64,000 nucleotides of DNA from Takakia lepidozioides. Taxonomy: Eukaryota > Plantae > Bryophyta. Shown here one piece after another: positions 39,945 to 53,795 of the stretch. How positions within the stretch are numbered: position 1 is the stretch's first letter; the number at the start of each line of letters is the position of its first letter. A program made the translations under genes and the position numbers. The stretch covers positions 74,214,001-74,278,000 of the forward strand of contig CM060733.1 in assembly GCA_030704615.1 (NCBI GenBank), given 5' to 3'. The notes beneath the pieces were generated by a model. That model was not told the DNA's origin. It saw nothing but the letters and a program-made list of their open reading frames with translations, and made no database searches.

Positions 39945-41325
39945 GCTTGGCTTGCGGTTCCAACACAATGGTACGCCCATCCTTTTCGGATAGTAGAACT
40001 GTATTGCTGCAAGTAGCTCTGACTCTGGCCACAGAAAGGTCCGACTTATGTCTTGCCTACCAGTAACCTGTTTTGCTCGAACTAAGATAATACTATGTCA
40101 TTCACTTGTGTTTCCACGTGCATGTATTTTTGTGTGTTGGAGGGTTTATGTTTTTCTGCTCTCCCAAACTTTGCTTTCCTCATTCGACCCCCGGCAAGGA
40201 AATGTGGCGCCGCATTTCCAAGTAACGTCGTAGGTACTGGTAGATGCGGCCTTCACCAACACCAAACCGCCCAGAAATTTCGCACGTGCAAACCCTAATG
40301 CGACACCGCATTTCCCAGTTGAGTCGCAAACCTTTCCCGCCGAATACCCGAAGATGATAGAATTGTGAAGTACTGCAGACTCTATTGGTGCAGACTCTAT
40401 TGGTTCAATCGCGGCAAAAGGGTCAGCTTCATTCCAATGTTAAGGCATGTAAAACCACGGAATACTCTATACAGGCCAGTATGCGACGTCCTTTTGCCGT
40501 GGTATACTGGATTTCACGTTGCACGGTCACTCATTTCCATGAGCGGATCTAAAAAACCATGAGCGGACTTGTTACTGACGACATATCTTCGCCGCATTAC
40601 AGGATGTGGAACTTCCAAAAATGGCAAGGTCAAATTTAAAAAACTATTATTTTAATACTTGTTTCATCTGTCGCATTTCCAAATTTGTAGTAGTCTACTC
40701 ATGAAATCCGCGTGTCTTAGACTTCGGCTCACCGCTCATGCGGCTCAGGGCTCATGGCTCAAGGTTTCTGCTCATGAAATAGTAAACCTCCACATGATTA
40801 ATCCAATTTACCTCTCCCACTTTTGTAAGCTAGCATGCATTCTACACACTAGCCAACCATACCATGCATCACCATTCCAAACAAAATAGGAGGCGCAACA
40901 TTTGGAAACCATTTCATTTATAACAAAATTTGTACAAGTGCTCCACCCAGTCCGATTGGTCCGCCGACACATAATTCCGCAAGATCTGCTTCACCACGGA
41001 ATTCACCCTTTCCGTTTGGTTGTCCGTCGTAGGTTGGAAGGTGGTGCTCATCTTGAGCCTTGTCCCCATCTTCTTCTAAAGTGCCCTCCAAAATTTACTT
41101 GTAAACTTTGGATCGCGGTCCGAGACAATATCCTTCGGGAGTCCATGATGCTTGAAGACGTGGGCGAGGTAAAGTCGCCCCGTCTCCTGTGCCGTTGCCG
41201 TCTCCTTGGTGGCGATGAAATGGCCCATTTTACTGAACCTATCCACCACCACCATGATTGCATCAAATCCTTTTGACAGCGGCATAGCAGTCATGAAATC
41301 CATCGAGACACTTTCCCGAGACCCC

Positions 41326-42071
41326 TGTCGCGCACCTCACTTCGGTAAGCTCCCCCCTCAGGTCATAGTTACTCGCTTGATGCGCGCGCCTAACTCCCAA
41401 CCTGGCCGCCGGGCCAACTTGGAGCTTCGGCTGCTCACCGGGACATAACCCCCCCCCCCCCCCCCCCCCCCCCCGATCTCCCAAAGAACCCTCCAACGAT
41501 TTGGAACCAGCGGAATTCCCTTTGGTAGTTGGCAGTCCGGAACAACTCCCCACTCTTTGGTCGCTTTCCGGCTCGCTCGCTTACTCACTAGCTTTTGGTC
41601 ACCAACGGGCTTGCACCGTTCTCGGGGTTACTACTCCCTATATATACTTCTGTAGCTGTCCGCGGGGGTTTACAAACAACCATGCCATTTTATGGCGAAC
41701 CACCACGAACACCCTCGACTCCCGATGATGAGTCGCGGTGAGTCTTGGCCCACCCACCATGGCCCCTATGGACGGTGATGAGTCCCAAGACTCCCCACGA
41801 CTCCCACCACGAGGTCTCCGCCCCAGGGTGAGTCCTATGCCACCCCCACTAAGTCCCGCTAAGCTACCACCACCCCTTGTGGAGCCACCCCCACCGCAAC
41901 CCGGTGTGCGGGGCTCCACCTAGTGAGCGCCTCCGCCTCCTTGAGTGCCTTGGGCACTCAAGGGTGCTTCAGCCCCCCATACCTATCGCTGCCACTGCCC
42001 CCACTACCCCCACCACAGGGGCAGCCCCTCTTGTGTCCCGACCCCCTGCCCTCAAGGCAAGGTCCGCGACA
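41326..42071 (-). repeat. 3' LTR
   Basis: TG...CA ends; matches 45649-46383; purine tract adjacent on the minus strand (~42072-42085). Confidence 0.9.
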
Positions 42072-42978
42072 CACACCCCTACCAACAGGGAGTCGATGTC
42101 CTCATCGGCTTGTCCATTTTGTGGAAACGAACATCCAAGTTGTGGCGTCCCACATCAAGGAGTTTGTTTCCGTACCATGGCGTCCCATGGCAAAGAATCA
42201 AACCCCACACTTGAGTCTACTTTCCACTAGCTAGTTCGGCCGACTTCCTCCAAGTCCCGGCCAAGGGTGGAGCCTCTCAAGCTCCTCCCAATGCACTCTT
42301 CTTGGCCTACTTCAAGGCCAAGGAACGATCCTCCCCAAGGATCGAATCGCCTTACTGCAACAACATTGCTTGCGACCACTCATGATGCCGCTTTTGGCAT
42401 GACCTTGAGCAAGGGTTCACCTCGAACCCTCTTTGGCTAGGACGATAACCTTGAACCAACCGCGCGCCCCAATCACTACAATTGGGTCCGCCTTGGAATG
42501 CTGGCCTGAGGTACGGGAACATGCCAAAGTCGCACTACGACTTCGTCGCGAGGCTACACGATTATAGTACATGAACGGAAGCACGTAGCTTCCGCGTTAG
42601 CCCGCACTACAAGGCAACCCCCTTGGTAGCGCAGTTATAGTACGCGCACGCGCTAGGTGCGCACTAGCACGTGAACTCCTAAAGAAGGCACAAGTTTCAT
42701 TGCCCCTTGGATGGGAGTCACCCGATTTTGGCACTGCGCAAACACACGATTAACCCAATTTACCTCTCCCACTTTTGTAAGCTTAGCATGCATTCTACAC
42801 ACAAGCCAACCACACCATGCATCACCATTCCAAACAAAATAGGAAGCACAACATTTGGAACCCATTTCCTTTATAACAAATTTTTGTACAATACAAGTTT
42901 TTGCAATCGGATTCCTAAGCTAGCTAAGCCGGGCTAAGCATGCATTTCCTCCCCCACGATCCAAGGTTGATGTCCCCA

Positions 42979-43776
42979 TCAACGCTTCTTCCGCTTTTGA
43001 GGTCGCCCTTCGAAAACTACAACCGCCTCGGATGCGTTTCCCATTTTTGAGGCACGCACCCAAGATGCCTCCACATGATGATAGCCCTTCCATTTGACGA
43101 GATACTCTGTTTCTTGGTTCTTGAACCTCCTCGACTTAAGTACTGCCTCCACCTCGTACTCGGGTTCATTTTCATGATCCAACAGCACAGGTGGCGGACG
43201 CAACACTTGATGCCGATTCGGACGCGCTTCATCTTTGAAGTAAGGCTTCAAAGCCGTTGCCGTCTCCTTGGTGGGGATGAAATGGCCCATTTTACTGAAC
43301 CTATCCACCACCACCATGATTGCATCGAATCCTTTTGACAGCGGCATAGCAGTCATGAAATCCATCGAGACGCTTTCCCAAGTCCCCTCTGGAATCGGCA
43401 AGGGTTGTAACAGCCCCGCTTGCTTTTTGTACTTGCTCCGGTTTTGTTGGCATGTGGTGCATGTCTTGACATACTCCTCTGCCTCCTCCCTTAGTTTGGG
43501 CCAGAAATACTCTTTCTTCAAGAGTGCCGCAGTGCGCTTGGCTCCGCCGTGGCCCGCAAGCGGGCTATCATGGCATTCTCTCAAGAGGCTATCTCTGATC
43601 CCTCCCTTCAGCACGTAGAGACGCTTTTGCTTATACCGAAGCAGTCCATTTTGTAAGTGGAACTGCGATTTAACCCCCATCCTCAAGTCCTGCATCACGG
43701 ACTTCGCCAGCTCATCCTTCCGGCAAGCCTTCCGGATCTTCCTTTGGAGCGCCGTCTCGCCCCTGTACACCAACAA
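42979..43776 (-). pseudogene. Integrase N-terminus fused by deletion to a chromodomain
   Basis: H..P.AGH.G...C..CQ, then YEVEAVLKSR...EYLVKWKGY...SW. Confidence 0.85.
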
Positions 43777-43925
43777 ATCTTGTGGTCAACTCCTCTTCGC
43801 GGTGGCAAGCCGCTTGGTAAATCCTCCGGCATCACATCCTGGTATTTCTCCAAAATCCCCTTGATCCAATCTGGGCTCGGCTCCCCATCGCCTTCTCCCT
43901 TCACTTCTCTAATGTAGAGCAAAAA

Positions 43926-45647
43926 CTAGGGCTCGTGTGCCTCCTCCACGGCCCACTCCCTTGCTGACAGAAGGTTTATTCGCCCTCTCACGGGCTTGGG
44001 CGTTTCCGACACTCGTAAGACCTCGCCACCATTCACACATGGCAGCGTGACTACTCTCTTGCGGCCATCTATGACCGCTCCGGATTTGCTCAAAAAGGTC
44101 ATCCCCAAAATGAGATCCACTCCATCGATCTCGTAGATGGTGAAGTTCTCACGTCCCTCCCAACTCCCAAGTTGAAGAGGAACTTCAAACGCCAACCTTG
44201 TCGCCAATTGCGGTTCTCCTTTGGCAGAACGCACCTCAATAGAGGCCCCCACATCACTTGTCGGGAGTCCCAGCTTTTGTGCCGTTGCCGGTGTCATGAA
44301 GGAGTGCGACGCTCCTGTGTCCACCAACAACGACACGTTAGTTCCGGATATTATCCCATCCGCAACCAATAACTAACTCCCTTTACGTAAGGCGCCAGTT
44401 TCCTGATACAACTCACAAGAAAATTTGCCTACCTTGCAAGTCCTGGCGACCACCGCTTCCACCAAGCGACTAATGGTATCTTCCGACAGCTCTGTGGTCG
44501 CCCGAGTCATGTTCAATTGCCGCTGCTTCGTGCACTTCTTGGCCATGTGCCCGGGTTCCCCGCAATTGAAACACACTCCATCAAAGGTCGCATTCTGTCC
44601 GCCATAGGCCGCTCCACCCGCTTTTCCTTTCAAAGCACGGGGTGTCGCCTTGACTTGTGAAGGCCCTCCCTTCGATTTCCATGTGCCATTGTCACCGCGT
44701 GGCATATCCCACTTCTTTTCCGGTCGGAAGGAGTCACCTTCCCGCCGGGTCTTCTTGTGGTTCAGCTCCGTACGGCCTTGTCTTTCACCCTTAGGGACAT
44801 CCGAGAAACATTCAGCCCTCTCAATTGCCTCGTTCAAAGTCTTAGGTTGCTTCTCCTCCAACTTCCGCCTAGCCCATGGAGCCAGTCCCGCCACAAAGTT
44901 GAAGACCATTTCTGGTTCTGCCATGTCCGCGACTTCGAGCAACAGCACATTGAAAGCCTGGACATATCCCTGAATGTCATCTGTTTGCTTCAAATTCCTC
45001 ATCTTGTCCCGGGCGAGCCAGGACACGTTGAGGGGCACAAACTGCCTCTTCATCAATTCCTTGAACCCACTCTAGTTCAAGGTTTCCGGGCTTGGACCTC
45101 GGTCGTGAAGGCGTTTCTGCCACCATTGTTGAGCATAGCCCCTCAAATAGGTGGGAGCCACTTCCACCCGATCCTCGTCACTCAACTTGGCCGCCCGGAA
45201 GTACTGCTCCAGCTCCAAGAGCCAGGTCTTGAGTGCCTTCCGATTTCGGACGCCCTCGAAGGTGCCGGGTTCCTTCGGCTTCACCTTAAACTTTGCCTTA
45301 GTGGAAGTGGCATTAGCCGCCTTCAACATGTCTTTCAACGTCCCGCCAAATTGCGCCAACAACCCTTCCCAAAAGGCTGCCGACATGGGAGGCATCTGTT
45401 GGTCGGTTGGAGCTCTCAGGGATTCCTCAGGCTCCGACTCCTCAGATTCCTCCCGCTCTTGAGCGGCCTCGTTTTCAGAAACATGCATCGCTTCCTCAAA
45501 CGGCCGCCTCGGTGATACGTCGCCCCCATCGGGCTCACCAGGATCATCATCTTTTGGGCCGTTCCGCTTTCGCTTTGGCTTGCCCGACCCCATGATGAGG
45601 CCAATCACAAGGACGATCACGTACTGAACTCTAAGCTCTGATACCAA
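43926..45647 (-). pseudogene. gag + protease of the inner LTR element
   Basis: PKEPGTFEG, LKQTDDIQGYV, CFNCGEPGHMAKKC, LLVDTGASHSF; in-frame stops. Confidence 0.85.
45635..45646 (-). promoter_or_regulatory. Primer-binding site, tRNA-iMet (TGGTATCAGAGC)
   Basis: Canonical plant PBS 2 nt from the LTR end. Confidence 0.9.
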
Positions 45648-45648
45648 G

Positions 45649-46383
45649 TGTCGCGCACCTCACTTTGGTAAGCTCCCCCCTCAAGTCATAGTTACTCGCT
45701 TGATGCGCGCGCCTAACTCCCAACCTGGCCGCCGGGCCAACTTGGAGCTTCGGCTGCTCACCGGGACATAACGGTCCCCCCCCTGATCTCCCAAAGAACC
45801 CTCCAACGATTTGGAACCAGCGGAATTCCCTTTGGTAGTTGGCAGTCCGGAACAGCTCCCCACTCTTTGGTCGCTTTCCGGCTCGCTCGCTTACTCACTA
45901 GCTTTTGGTCACCAACGGGCTTGCACCGTTCTCGGGGTTACTACTCCCTATATATACTTCTGTAGCTGTCCGCGGGGGTTTCACAAACAACCATGCCATT
46001 TTATGGCGAACCACCACGAACACCCTCGACTCCCGATGATGAGTCGCGGTGAGTCTTGGCCCACCCACCACGGCCCCTATGGACGGTGATGAGTCCCAAG
46101 ACTCCCCACGACTCCCACCACGAGGTCTCCGCCCCAGGGTGAGTCCTATGCCACCCCCACTAAGTCCCGCTAAGCTACCACCACCCCTTGTGGAGCCACC
46201 CCCACCGCAACCCGGTGTGCGGGGCTCCACCTAGTGAGCGCCTCCGCCTCCTTGAGTGCCTTGGGCACTCAAGGGTGCTTCAGCCCCCCATACCTATCGC
46301 TGCCACTGCCCTTACTGCCCCCACCACAGGGGCAGCCCCTCTTGTGTCCCGACCCCCTGCCCTCAAGGCAAAGGGCTGCGACA
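45649..46383 (-). repeat. 5' LTR
   Basis: TG...CA ends; followed on the minus strand by the PBS. Confidence 0.9.
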
Positions 46384-49300
46384 ACCCCTCTGGAATCGGC
46401 AAGGGTTGTAACAGCCCCACTTGCTTTTTGTACTCGCTCCGGTTTTGTTGACATGTGGTGCATGTCTTGACATACTCCTCGGCCTCCTTCCTCAGTTTGG
46501 GCTAGAAATACTCTTTCTTCAAGAGTGCTGCGGTGCGCTTGGCTCCACCGTGGCCCGCAAGCGGGCCATCATGGCATTCTCTCAAGAGACTATATCTGAT
46601 CCCTCCCTTCGGCACATAGAGATGTTTTTGCTTATACCGGAGCAGTCCATTTTGCAAGTGGAACTGTGATGTAACCCCCATCCTCAAGTCCCGCATCACA
46701 GACTTCGCCATCTCATCGTTCCGGTAAGCCTTCCAAATCTTCCTTTGGAGCGTCGTCTCGCCCCTGTACACTAGCATGAGCTGCTGCTTTCTACTTAAAG
46801 CATCGGCCACCACATTGTCCCGTCCCGGTTTGTACTGGATATCCATGTCGAACACCACCAAAGTATCTTGCCACCTAAGTTGTTTTGGGGACAACTTAGG
46901 CTGCGTGGCAAAATACTTCACCGTGACATTGTCCGTGAATACCTTCACCGGGTTGGAACCAACATAGTGGCGCCAAAGCTCAAGGCAATGCACCACCGCC
47001 TTCATCTCTTTCTCATGCGTCGGCCACCATCGCTCTACTTCATTCAGTTTCTTACTTTCGGAAGCCACTGGACATCCATCCTGCATGAGTACACCCCCTA
47101 TAGCGAAGTCCGACGCATCCGTATGAAACTCAAATGGACGGTCGAACTCCGGGATTTTGAGGACTGGAGCTTCCGCCATCCGCTACTTCAACTCGGCAAA
47201 AGCTTGACCACAAAAGGTGTTCCATACCCAGACTTTGGATTTACATAGAAGGTCTGACAGCGGCCCCGCGATCTTGGCGAAATTTCTCACATACTTCCGG
47301 TAATAGGAGGCGAGTCCTAGGAAGGATCGCACTCCCGGGACCGAAGTCGGAGGCTCCCAGTCCAAGATCGCCCTCACCTTTCTGTCATCCATTTTGATCC
47401 CATCCTGTGTAATCACATGCTCCATGAACTCTACTTTGTGACCCCGAATTTGCACTTTGAAGCTTTGGCATACAACTTCCCTTCCCACAATTTCTGGAAC
47501 ACCCTTTTGAGGTGCTTCAGGTGCTCTTCTTTTGTTTTCGAGTACACCAGTATGTTGTCGATGTATATGATCACAAAGTCATCCAACCACTCCTAGAAAA
47601 GGCTGTTCATTAGTGTGCTAAAGGTTGCGGGAGCGTTGGTGAGCCCAAAAGGCATCACCAAGAACTCATACGAACCATATCTTGTCCTACACGTGGTCTT
47701 CTCCTCATCTTCTTCCGCCACTCGGATGTGATGATACCCGGAGCGCAAATCGCTCCGGCTGAAATACTTTGCTCCTGCCAACCCATCGAAGAGGTCGTCA
47801 ATCCTTGGCAAAGGGTACCGGTTCTTGATAGTTACCTTATTCAGGGCCTTGTAATCGACACACATCCGCAGCGTCTCATCCTTCTTGTCTGCGAATAGCA
47901 CCGGGGCTCCGTAAGGTGACTTACTCGGCCGGATGTACCCCTTTGACATTAGATCCTTGAGCTGAGTCTTCAGCTCGACCAACTCTCTGTGGCTCAACCG
48001 GTAGGGCGCCTTGGCAGGCGGCTCCGATCCCGGTATCACCTCAATCTTGTGGTCAACTCCCCTTCGCGGTGGCAAGCCGCTTGGTAAATCCTCCGGCATC
48101 ACATCTTGGTATTTCTCCAAAATCCCCTTGATCCAATCTGGGCTCGGTTCCCCATCGCCTTCTCCCTTCACTTCTCTTATGTAGAGCAAAAACTGGGGCT
48201 CGTGTGCCTCCTCCACGGCCCACTCCCTTGCTGACATAAGGTTTATTCGCCCTCTCACGGGCTTGGGCATTTCCGACACTCGTAAGACCTCGCCACCATT
48301 CCCACATGGCAGCGTGACTACTCTCTTGCGGCCATCTATGACCGCTCCGGATTTGCTCAAAAATGTCATCCCCAAAATGAGATCCACTCCATCGATCTCG
48401 CAAATGGTGAAGTTCTCACGTCCCTCCCAACTCCCGAGCTGAAGATGAACATTGAACGCCAACCTCGTCGCCAATTGTGGTTCTCATTTAGCAGAACGCA
48501 CCTCAATAGAGGCCCCCACATCACTTGTCGGGAGTCCCAGCTTCCGTGCCGTTGCCAGTGTCATGAAGGAGTGCGACGCTCCTGTTTCCACCAACAACGA
48601 CACGTTAGTTCCGGAGATTATCCCACTCACAAACATTAACTGACTTCCTTTACGCAAGGCGCCAGTTTCCTGATACAACTCACAAGAGTACCTTGCAAGT
48701 CTTGGCGACCACCGCCTCCACCAAGCGGCTGATGGAAGCTTTGGACAACTCCGTGGTTGCCCGAGTCATGTTCAATTGTCGGGGATTCGTACACTTCTTG
48801 GCCATGTGCCCGGGCTCCCCACAATTGAAGCACACTCCATCGAAGGTCGCCTTTTGTCCGCCATAAGGCGTCGCACCTGATTTTCCTTTCGGAGCACCCG
48901 GTGTCGTCTTGGCGTGTGAAGGCCCTCCCTTTGATTTCCACGTGCCATTGTCGCCGCGTGGCCTATCCCACTTCTTTTCCGGTCGAAATGAGTCACCCTC
49001 CCGCCGGGTCTTCTTGTGGTTCAGCTTTGTATGGCCTTGTCTTTCGCCCCTAGGGACATCCGAGAAACATTCAGCCCTCTCAATTGCCTCGTTCAAAGTC
49101 TTAGGTTGCTTCTCCTCCAACTTCCGCCTGGCCCATGGGGCCAATCCCGCCACAAAGTTGAAGACCATTTCTGGTTCTGCCATGTCCGCGACTTCAAGCA
49201 ACAGCACATTGAAAGCCTGAACATATCCCCGAATGTCATCTGTTTGCTTAAGATTCCTCATTGTCCCGGGCGAGCCAGGACGCGTTGAAGGGCACAAACT

Positions 49301-49758
49301 GCCTCTTCATCAGTTCCTTGAACCCACTCCAGTTCAAGGTTTCTGGGTTTGGACCTTGGTCGTGAAGGTGTTTCTGCCACCAATGTTGAGCATAGCCCCT
49401 CAAATAGGTGGGAGCCACTTCCACCCGATCCTCGTCACTCAACTTGGCCGCCCGGAAGTACTGCTCTAGCTCCAAGAGCCAGGTGTTGAGTGCCTTTCGA
49501 TTTCGGATGCCCTCAAAGGTGCCGGGTTCCTTAGGCTTCACCTTAAACTTTGCCTTAGTGGAAGTGGCATTAGCCGCCTTCAACACGTCTTTCAACGTCC
49601 CGCCAAACTGCGCCAACAACCCTTCCCAAAAGGCTGCTGGCATGGGAGGCATCTGTTGGTCTGTCGGAGCTCTCAGGGATTCCTCAGGCTCCGACTCCTC
49701 AGATTCCTCCCGTTCTTGAGTGGCCTCATTCTCAAAAGCATGCATCGCTTCCTCAAAT

Positions 49759-49800
49759 CACTAGAAGAGAAACCGGTTTTTTCCACGGCTCTGCCATCTC
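49759..49800 (+). mobile_element. Probable CACTA element terminus truncating the outer gypsy gag
   Basis: CACTAGAAGAGAAACCGG begins where gag homology with 45480-45500 stops; the partner end was not found. Confidence 0.45.
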
Positions 49801-51019
49801 ACACCTGGCACATTCCACGGCTTTTATCACGGGTCTGTACACTGAGCCAAGGTGTGGGTCTAAATATGCCCTAACTGTGGGGTGTCTCACATGTGGTCCA
49901 CACCCCAGGCAAGAACGGTGTGAAAACAGCCATGAGCGTGGCAGGGGTTGGCTTAGTTTACATGACATGTTACACACCTGTGTGAAATGGGAACATACAA
50001 TTATTTCCACTGATTGTGGTGTATGGGGAGTTTGAGAATGATGCCCTTGGAAAATGATTATGAACTTCATGTTCATGTTTAGAAATCTGCACGATGGTAC
50101 TAGCAAGTGAAGAATACACCCCATTTTCAATCTCTACATTATGAAGTCTATAATGCCCTTGGTGAAATGAGCATGGGGATCGCATTCAAAGGTGGCCCCG
50201 TTCCGTTGCAACCTATGACACAACTAGGACAAATAGGCATAGGCATGATTTACACTTTTTGCCACAAATCACTTGCATCATCCTTATGTTGAACTCCTTG
50301 TTTATGTGACATGCTTGGACTTTGTCATCTCACACATCAAAGAAAAAACCAGAATATTTCGAAAAAATCCTAACCTAAAAATCCTAACCTAAATTTACTA
50401 ACAAGTGTTCAAACCAGCCCAATGGTAATATATGTTATTACCATTATCAAATGTTTGTCTACGTGGTGTTTTGGTTTTCTAGACAAGTCTGATAGCAGGA
50501 CTTTAGCCTCGGACCTAGAATGAATCAAAGTGCAAAAGGTTAAAAAGTCAAAAAGTTGCTAATAAGGTTGCCCACTAGGGTAATCGTGAACACAGAGGAG
50601 GGCTGGGACTCGGCGTTTTTTTTTTGTTCCCTGCACCACACCATGTAGCCGAGGGATGGAACGCGATGATCGCAGGATATGCAGGGGCGTGGGATGGAGG
50701 CGTTGAGCAAATGATGCAGGAAGGAGGAGAGGAGGAGGAGATGAGACGAGGAGAAGCTCGCAACATTCTTGCGAGGTTGCCGTTCTTGGGAGAGTTAGCT
50801 TGGTCATAGCAGGCCGTGTTTCAATCTCTGCCTACTCAGCTACACCGTGGTGGTTCGATCTCATAGACCAATCCGACATTACCTGACTACAGACACAAGC
50901 AGCACACACAAGAGGTCCTTTTGGGTTGATGGTCGGTCAAGTCATGACACAACCTCAAGGACAATGTGGTGAGGGCATCTTCTTCTTTGACCTATTTCAA
51001 CCTGTTTTTCCCTCTCACA

Positions 51020-51547
51020 TCATGTTTGTGTGCATTGCAATGCTTGTGCAAGCCTAGCAACCCTTGAGAAGGGCAAAGAGGTGCATGGGGATATCATCAA
51101 AGCTGGAATTGTACCTAATGTCATTCTAAACACTGCCCTGGCAGCTCTGGAAAAGGGGAAGGAGGTCCGTGGTGACATCTTCAGAGCTGGAATTGTACCA
51201 AATGTCATTTTGAACAATACCCTAGTGGACATGTATGCAAAATGTGGGTGCATCGGGGATGCAAAGGGAGTGTTCAACACTATGGCTGAACGAGATGTGG
51301 TGTCGTGGAGTGCGATGCTTGCAGGGTATGCACAGCAGGGACGTGGGATAGAGGCTTTGGAGACCTATGAGCAAATGATGGGGGAAGGGGTCCAGCCCGG
51401 CCACATTATGTTTGTATGCATTGCAGGCCTGGCAGCCCTAGAGAAGGGCAAAGAGGTGCATGGGGATATCATCAAAGCTGGAATTGTACCTAATGTCATT
51501 TGAAACACTGCCCTGGCAGTTATGTGGTGACACCTTTAGAGCTGGAA
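51020..51547 (+). pseudogene. PLS-class PPR gene fragment
   Basis: LEKGKEVHGDIIKAG, NTLVDMYAKCG..DA..VF..M..RDVVSW.AML.GY; internal deletions; abuts transposase sequence. Confidence 0.85.
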
Positions 51548-52602
51548 ACAGCGCTCAACCAAACGAAAGTGAGTGGGAAGGTGTGCCCCTGAATCCTTTC
51601 ACCCCAGGGCTTGCCCCTCCCAGGACCAATACTTTCGTGTGCAGGTTCTGCAAACTTTCCCCGTCCTATGTTTCTGTGTGCCACGCTCGTATGTATCAGG
51701 TGGCACACCGATGCAAGACAATGACTCGTGCCTGCATTCATATGGGTGCACACGAGCATCCTGTGTCCAAAGGAAGTTGCAGGGTTAGCGTGGACATTGC
51801 TAGAAATCTGCTGAAGCAGGAGTTTCACAATGTCCCTTGTGCAACACCTTCTGCTATAACGCTTGCAGCTAGCAAGGCATTCCTGGAGAAACACATACTG
51901 GGTGAAGGGGATGCGACAGAACTTATGCTGGATGCAGATTCGCTTAATGCAGTCATGGACCATTTCTCCGTGTTGAGCTCTCCCAATATTCGAAACCAGG
52001 TGAATGCACTCAGAATGGGCACAGGCACTGCTGGATTCAAGGACAACATTATGGACCTGAAACGGAGGAGTCGCTATGAATTCATTCAAAACAGTATCTT
52101 CCCTGGCCAAGGCTCGTCCAAGGCGTATTTGTTCAAGATGTCCGCTGAGGGCGAAGGCAGTGGTGTGAGCATTGTCCGCCGTATGCAACCAGGAGGAGAT
52201 TTGGCTAAATGTTGGTTAATGTTTGATCACTGCAAACGGGTGAAGGGTTGGACAACCATGGCGTGCCATGTGTATGATCCGGCGTACCAGCGTGTGCTCT
52301 CCATAGCAATTTGTGATATGCAGTCGGAGGACACTGAATCCCAAATGCTCATGTGGAATTCGCTCTTGGCCGTCATGCAGCGCAATGGAATACAAAACAC
52401 AAATTTTGCGGGCTTCATGGCTGATAGTGCACAGGCAAATTTCAATGCAGTGCGACGTGTGTTAGGTTCGGGGGATCCTAAGGTCCCAATGGAAAATAGG
52501 GAGCGCACATGCCTCTTCCATTGGACTCAATCTCTGGCACGTCATACAAAGCGCTGCATTCGCCCTGACCTGCAGTTGGAGCACAGAAGGCTCTGTCTCA
52601 AG
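51548..52602 (+). pseudogene. A-lineage MULE-like transposase fragment
   Basis: NESEWEG, RACIHMGAHEHP, WLMFDH, GFMADSAQAN, CLFHWTQSL; collinear with 23840-24870; cut by the TIR at 52603. Confidence 0.85.
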
Positions 52603-53795
52603 GAGGTTTACTATTTCATGAGCAGAAACCATGAGCCATGAGCCATGAGCCGCATGAGCCGCATGAGCGGTGAGCCGAAGTCTAAGATACGCGGTTTTCA
52701 TGAGCGGACTTCTCCAAATTTGGAAATGCGGCAGATTAAAAAACTATTAAAATACTAGTTTTTAATTTGACATTGCTGTTTTTGGAAGTTCCAGATCCTA
52801 TAATGCGGCAAAGATATGTCGTGAGTAACAATTCCGCTCATGGTTTTGTAAATCTGCTCATGGAAAAAACTGACCGTGCAATGAGAAATCCAGTATACCA
52901 CAGCAAAAGGACGCTGCATACTAGCGTGTATAGAGTATTCCGCGGTTTTATATGCCCTAACATTGGAATGAAGCTGACCCTTCTGTCACGATTGTATGAT
53001 CCCCATGCAACAACACAGTCTGCAGTGCTTGAAAATTCTTGCTTCTTCCTGCATTCTGCGGGAAAGGTTTGCCACTCCACTAGGAAATGCGGTGCCGCAT
53101 TACGGTTCGCACGTGCGAGAATTCTGAGGGGTTCAGTGTTCTCGACGGTCGGCACCCTGAAGACTCGGTGCGATTATCTTACTATGACCAAGGCTGCAAC
53201 TACCAGTACCTACTACGTTACTTGGAACTGCGGCGCCGCATTTTCTTGCCGGGGGTCGAATGAGATAAGCAAAGTTTGGGAGAGCAGAAAAACAAGAACC
53301 CCCAAAAAAAACAAAAATCCAGGCACGTGGAAACAGAAGGTAATGACATAGTATTATCTTAGTTTGACCAAAATAGGTTACTAGTAGACAAGACATAAGT
53401 CAAACCTTTCTGTAGCCAAAGTTAGAGGTACTTGCAGTAGTACAGTTTTACTATAACTGAAACTCCGAAAAGGATGGGCGTAACATTGTCTTGTGCCCCG
53501 CAAGCCAAGCTCACTGGTCCCCTGGATCCATATTCAGAAGAGTGTACATCTCGTCGGGGCTCAACACTAGTGCATGTATGAAGTGATGAGTTGTGGAATT
53601 ACACCAGAGGCTCTTTAGGTACACGTAGTACAGATGCTTGCAAGGGCAGTATGATGCCCCCTTCTTCGCCATGATCTGGAAGTCGGTGCAATTGCAGGTG
53701 GGTAATTCTGAAATGGTGATGGTGTACACCTCATTGCGGACAACTGAGCCTGCCGTGGCCATCTGATACACATGCCCGAAGCCTGGTGGGGGCAT
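52603..53795 (-). mobile_element. Inverted right arm of a B/C-lineage element (TIR + SWIM-coding end)
   Basis: Reverse-complement homolog of about 39735-40790; begins GAGGTTTACTATTTCATGAGC with CATGAGC repeats. Confidence 0.85.

Larger units (their letters stand above)
32398..40790. mobile_element. Element B: deleted/chimeric member of the same MULE-like family
   Basis: Left end cagggatgccttggcgtgagc plus GGATGAA repeats, like the left end of A. Contains MTase exons, palindrome arrays and a transposase remnant. Right end ...gctcatgaaatagtaaacctc. No TSD. Confidence 0.7.
41326..46383 (-). mobile_element. Non-autonomous chromoviral Ty3/gypsy LTR retrotransposon, 5.06 kb
   Basis: Near-identical LTRs (TGTCGC...GCGACA); 5-bp TSD ACCCC at 41321-41325 and 46384-46388; PBS; gag, protease and chromodomain present; RT/RNase H and integrase core deleted. 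Confidence 0.95.
40791..49758 (-). mobile_element. Older Ty3/gypsy element (gag-PR-RT-RNase H-integrase pseudogenes), interrupted in the integrase by a younger family member
   Basis: gag 49745-48680; RT ([36 protein letters not shown]); RNase H (TDASDFAIGGVL); integrase HHCC and SMDF..VVVDRFSK..IVSDRDPKF at 41076-41303. Confidence 0.9.
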
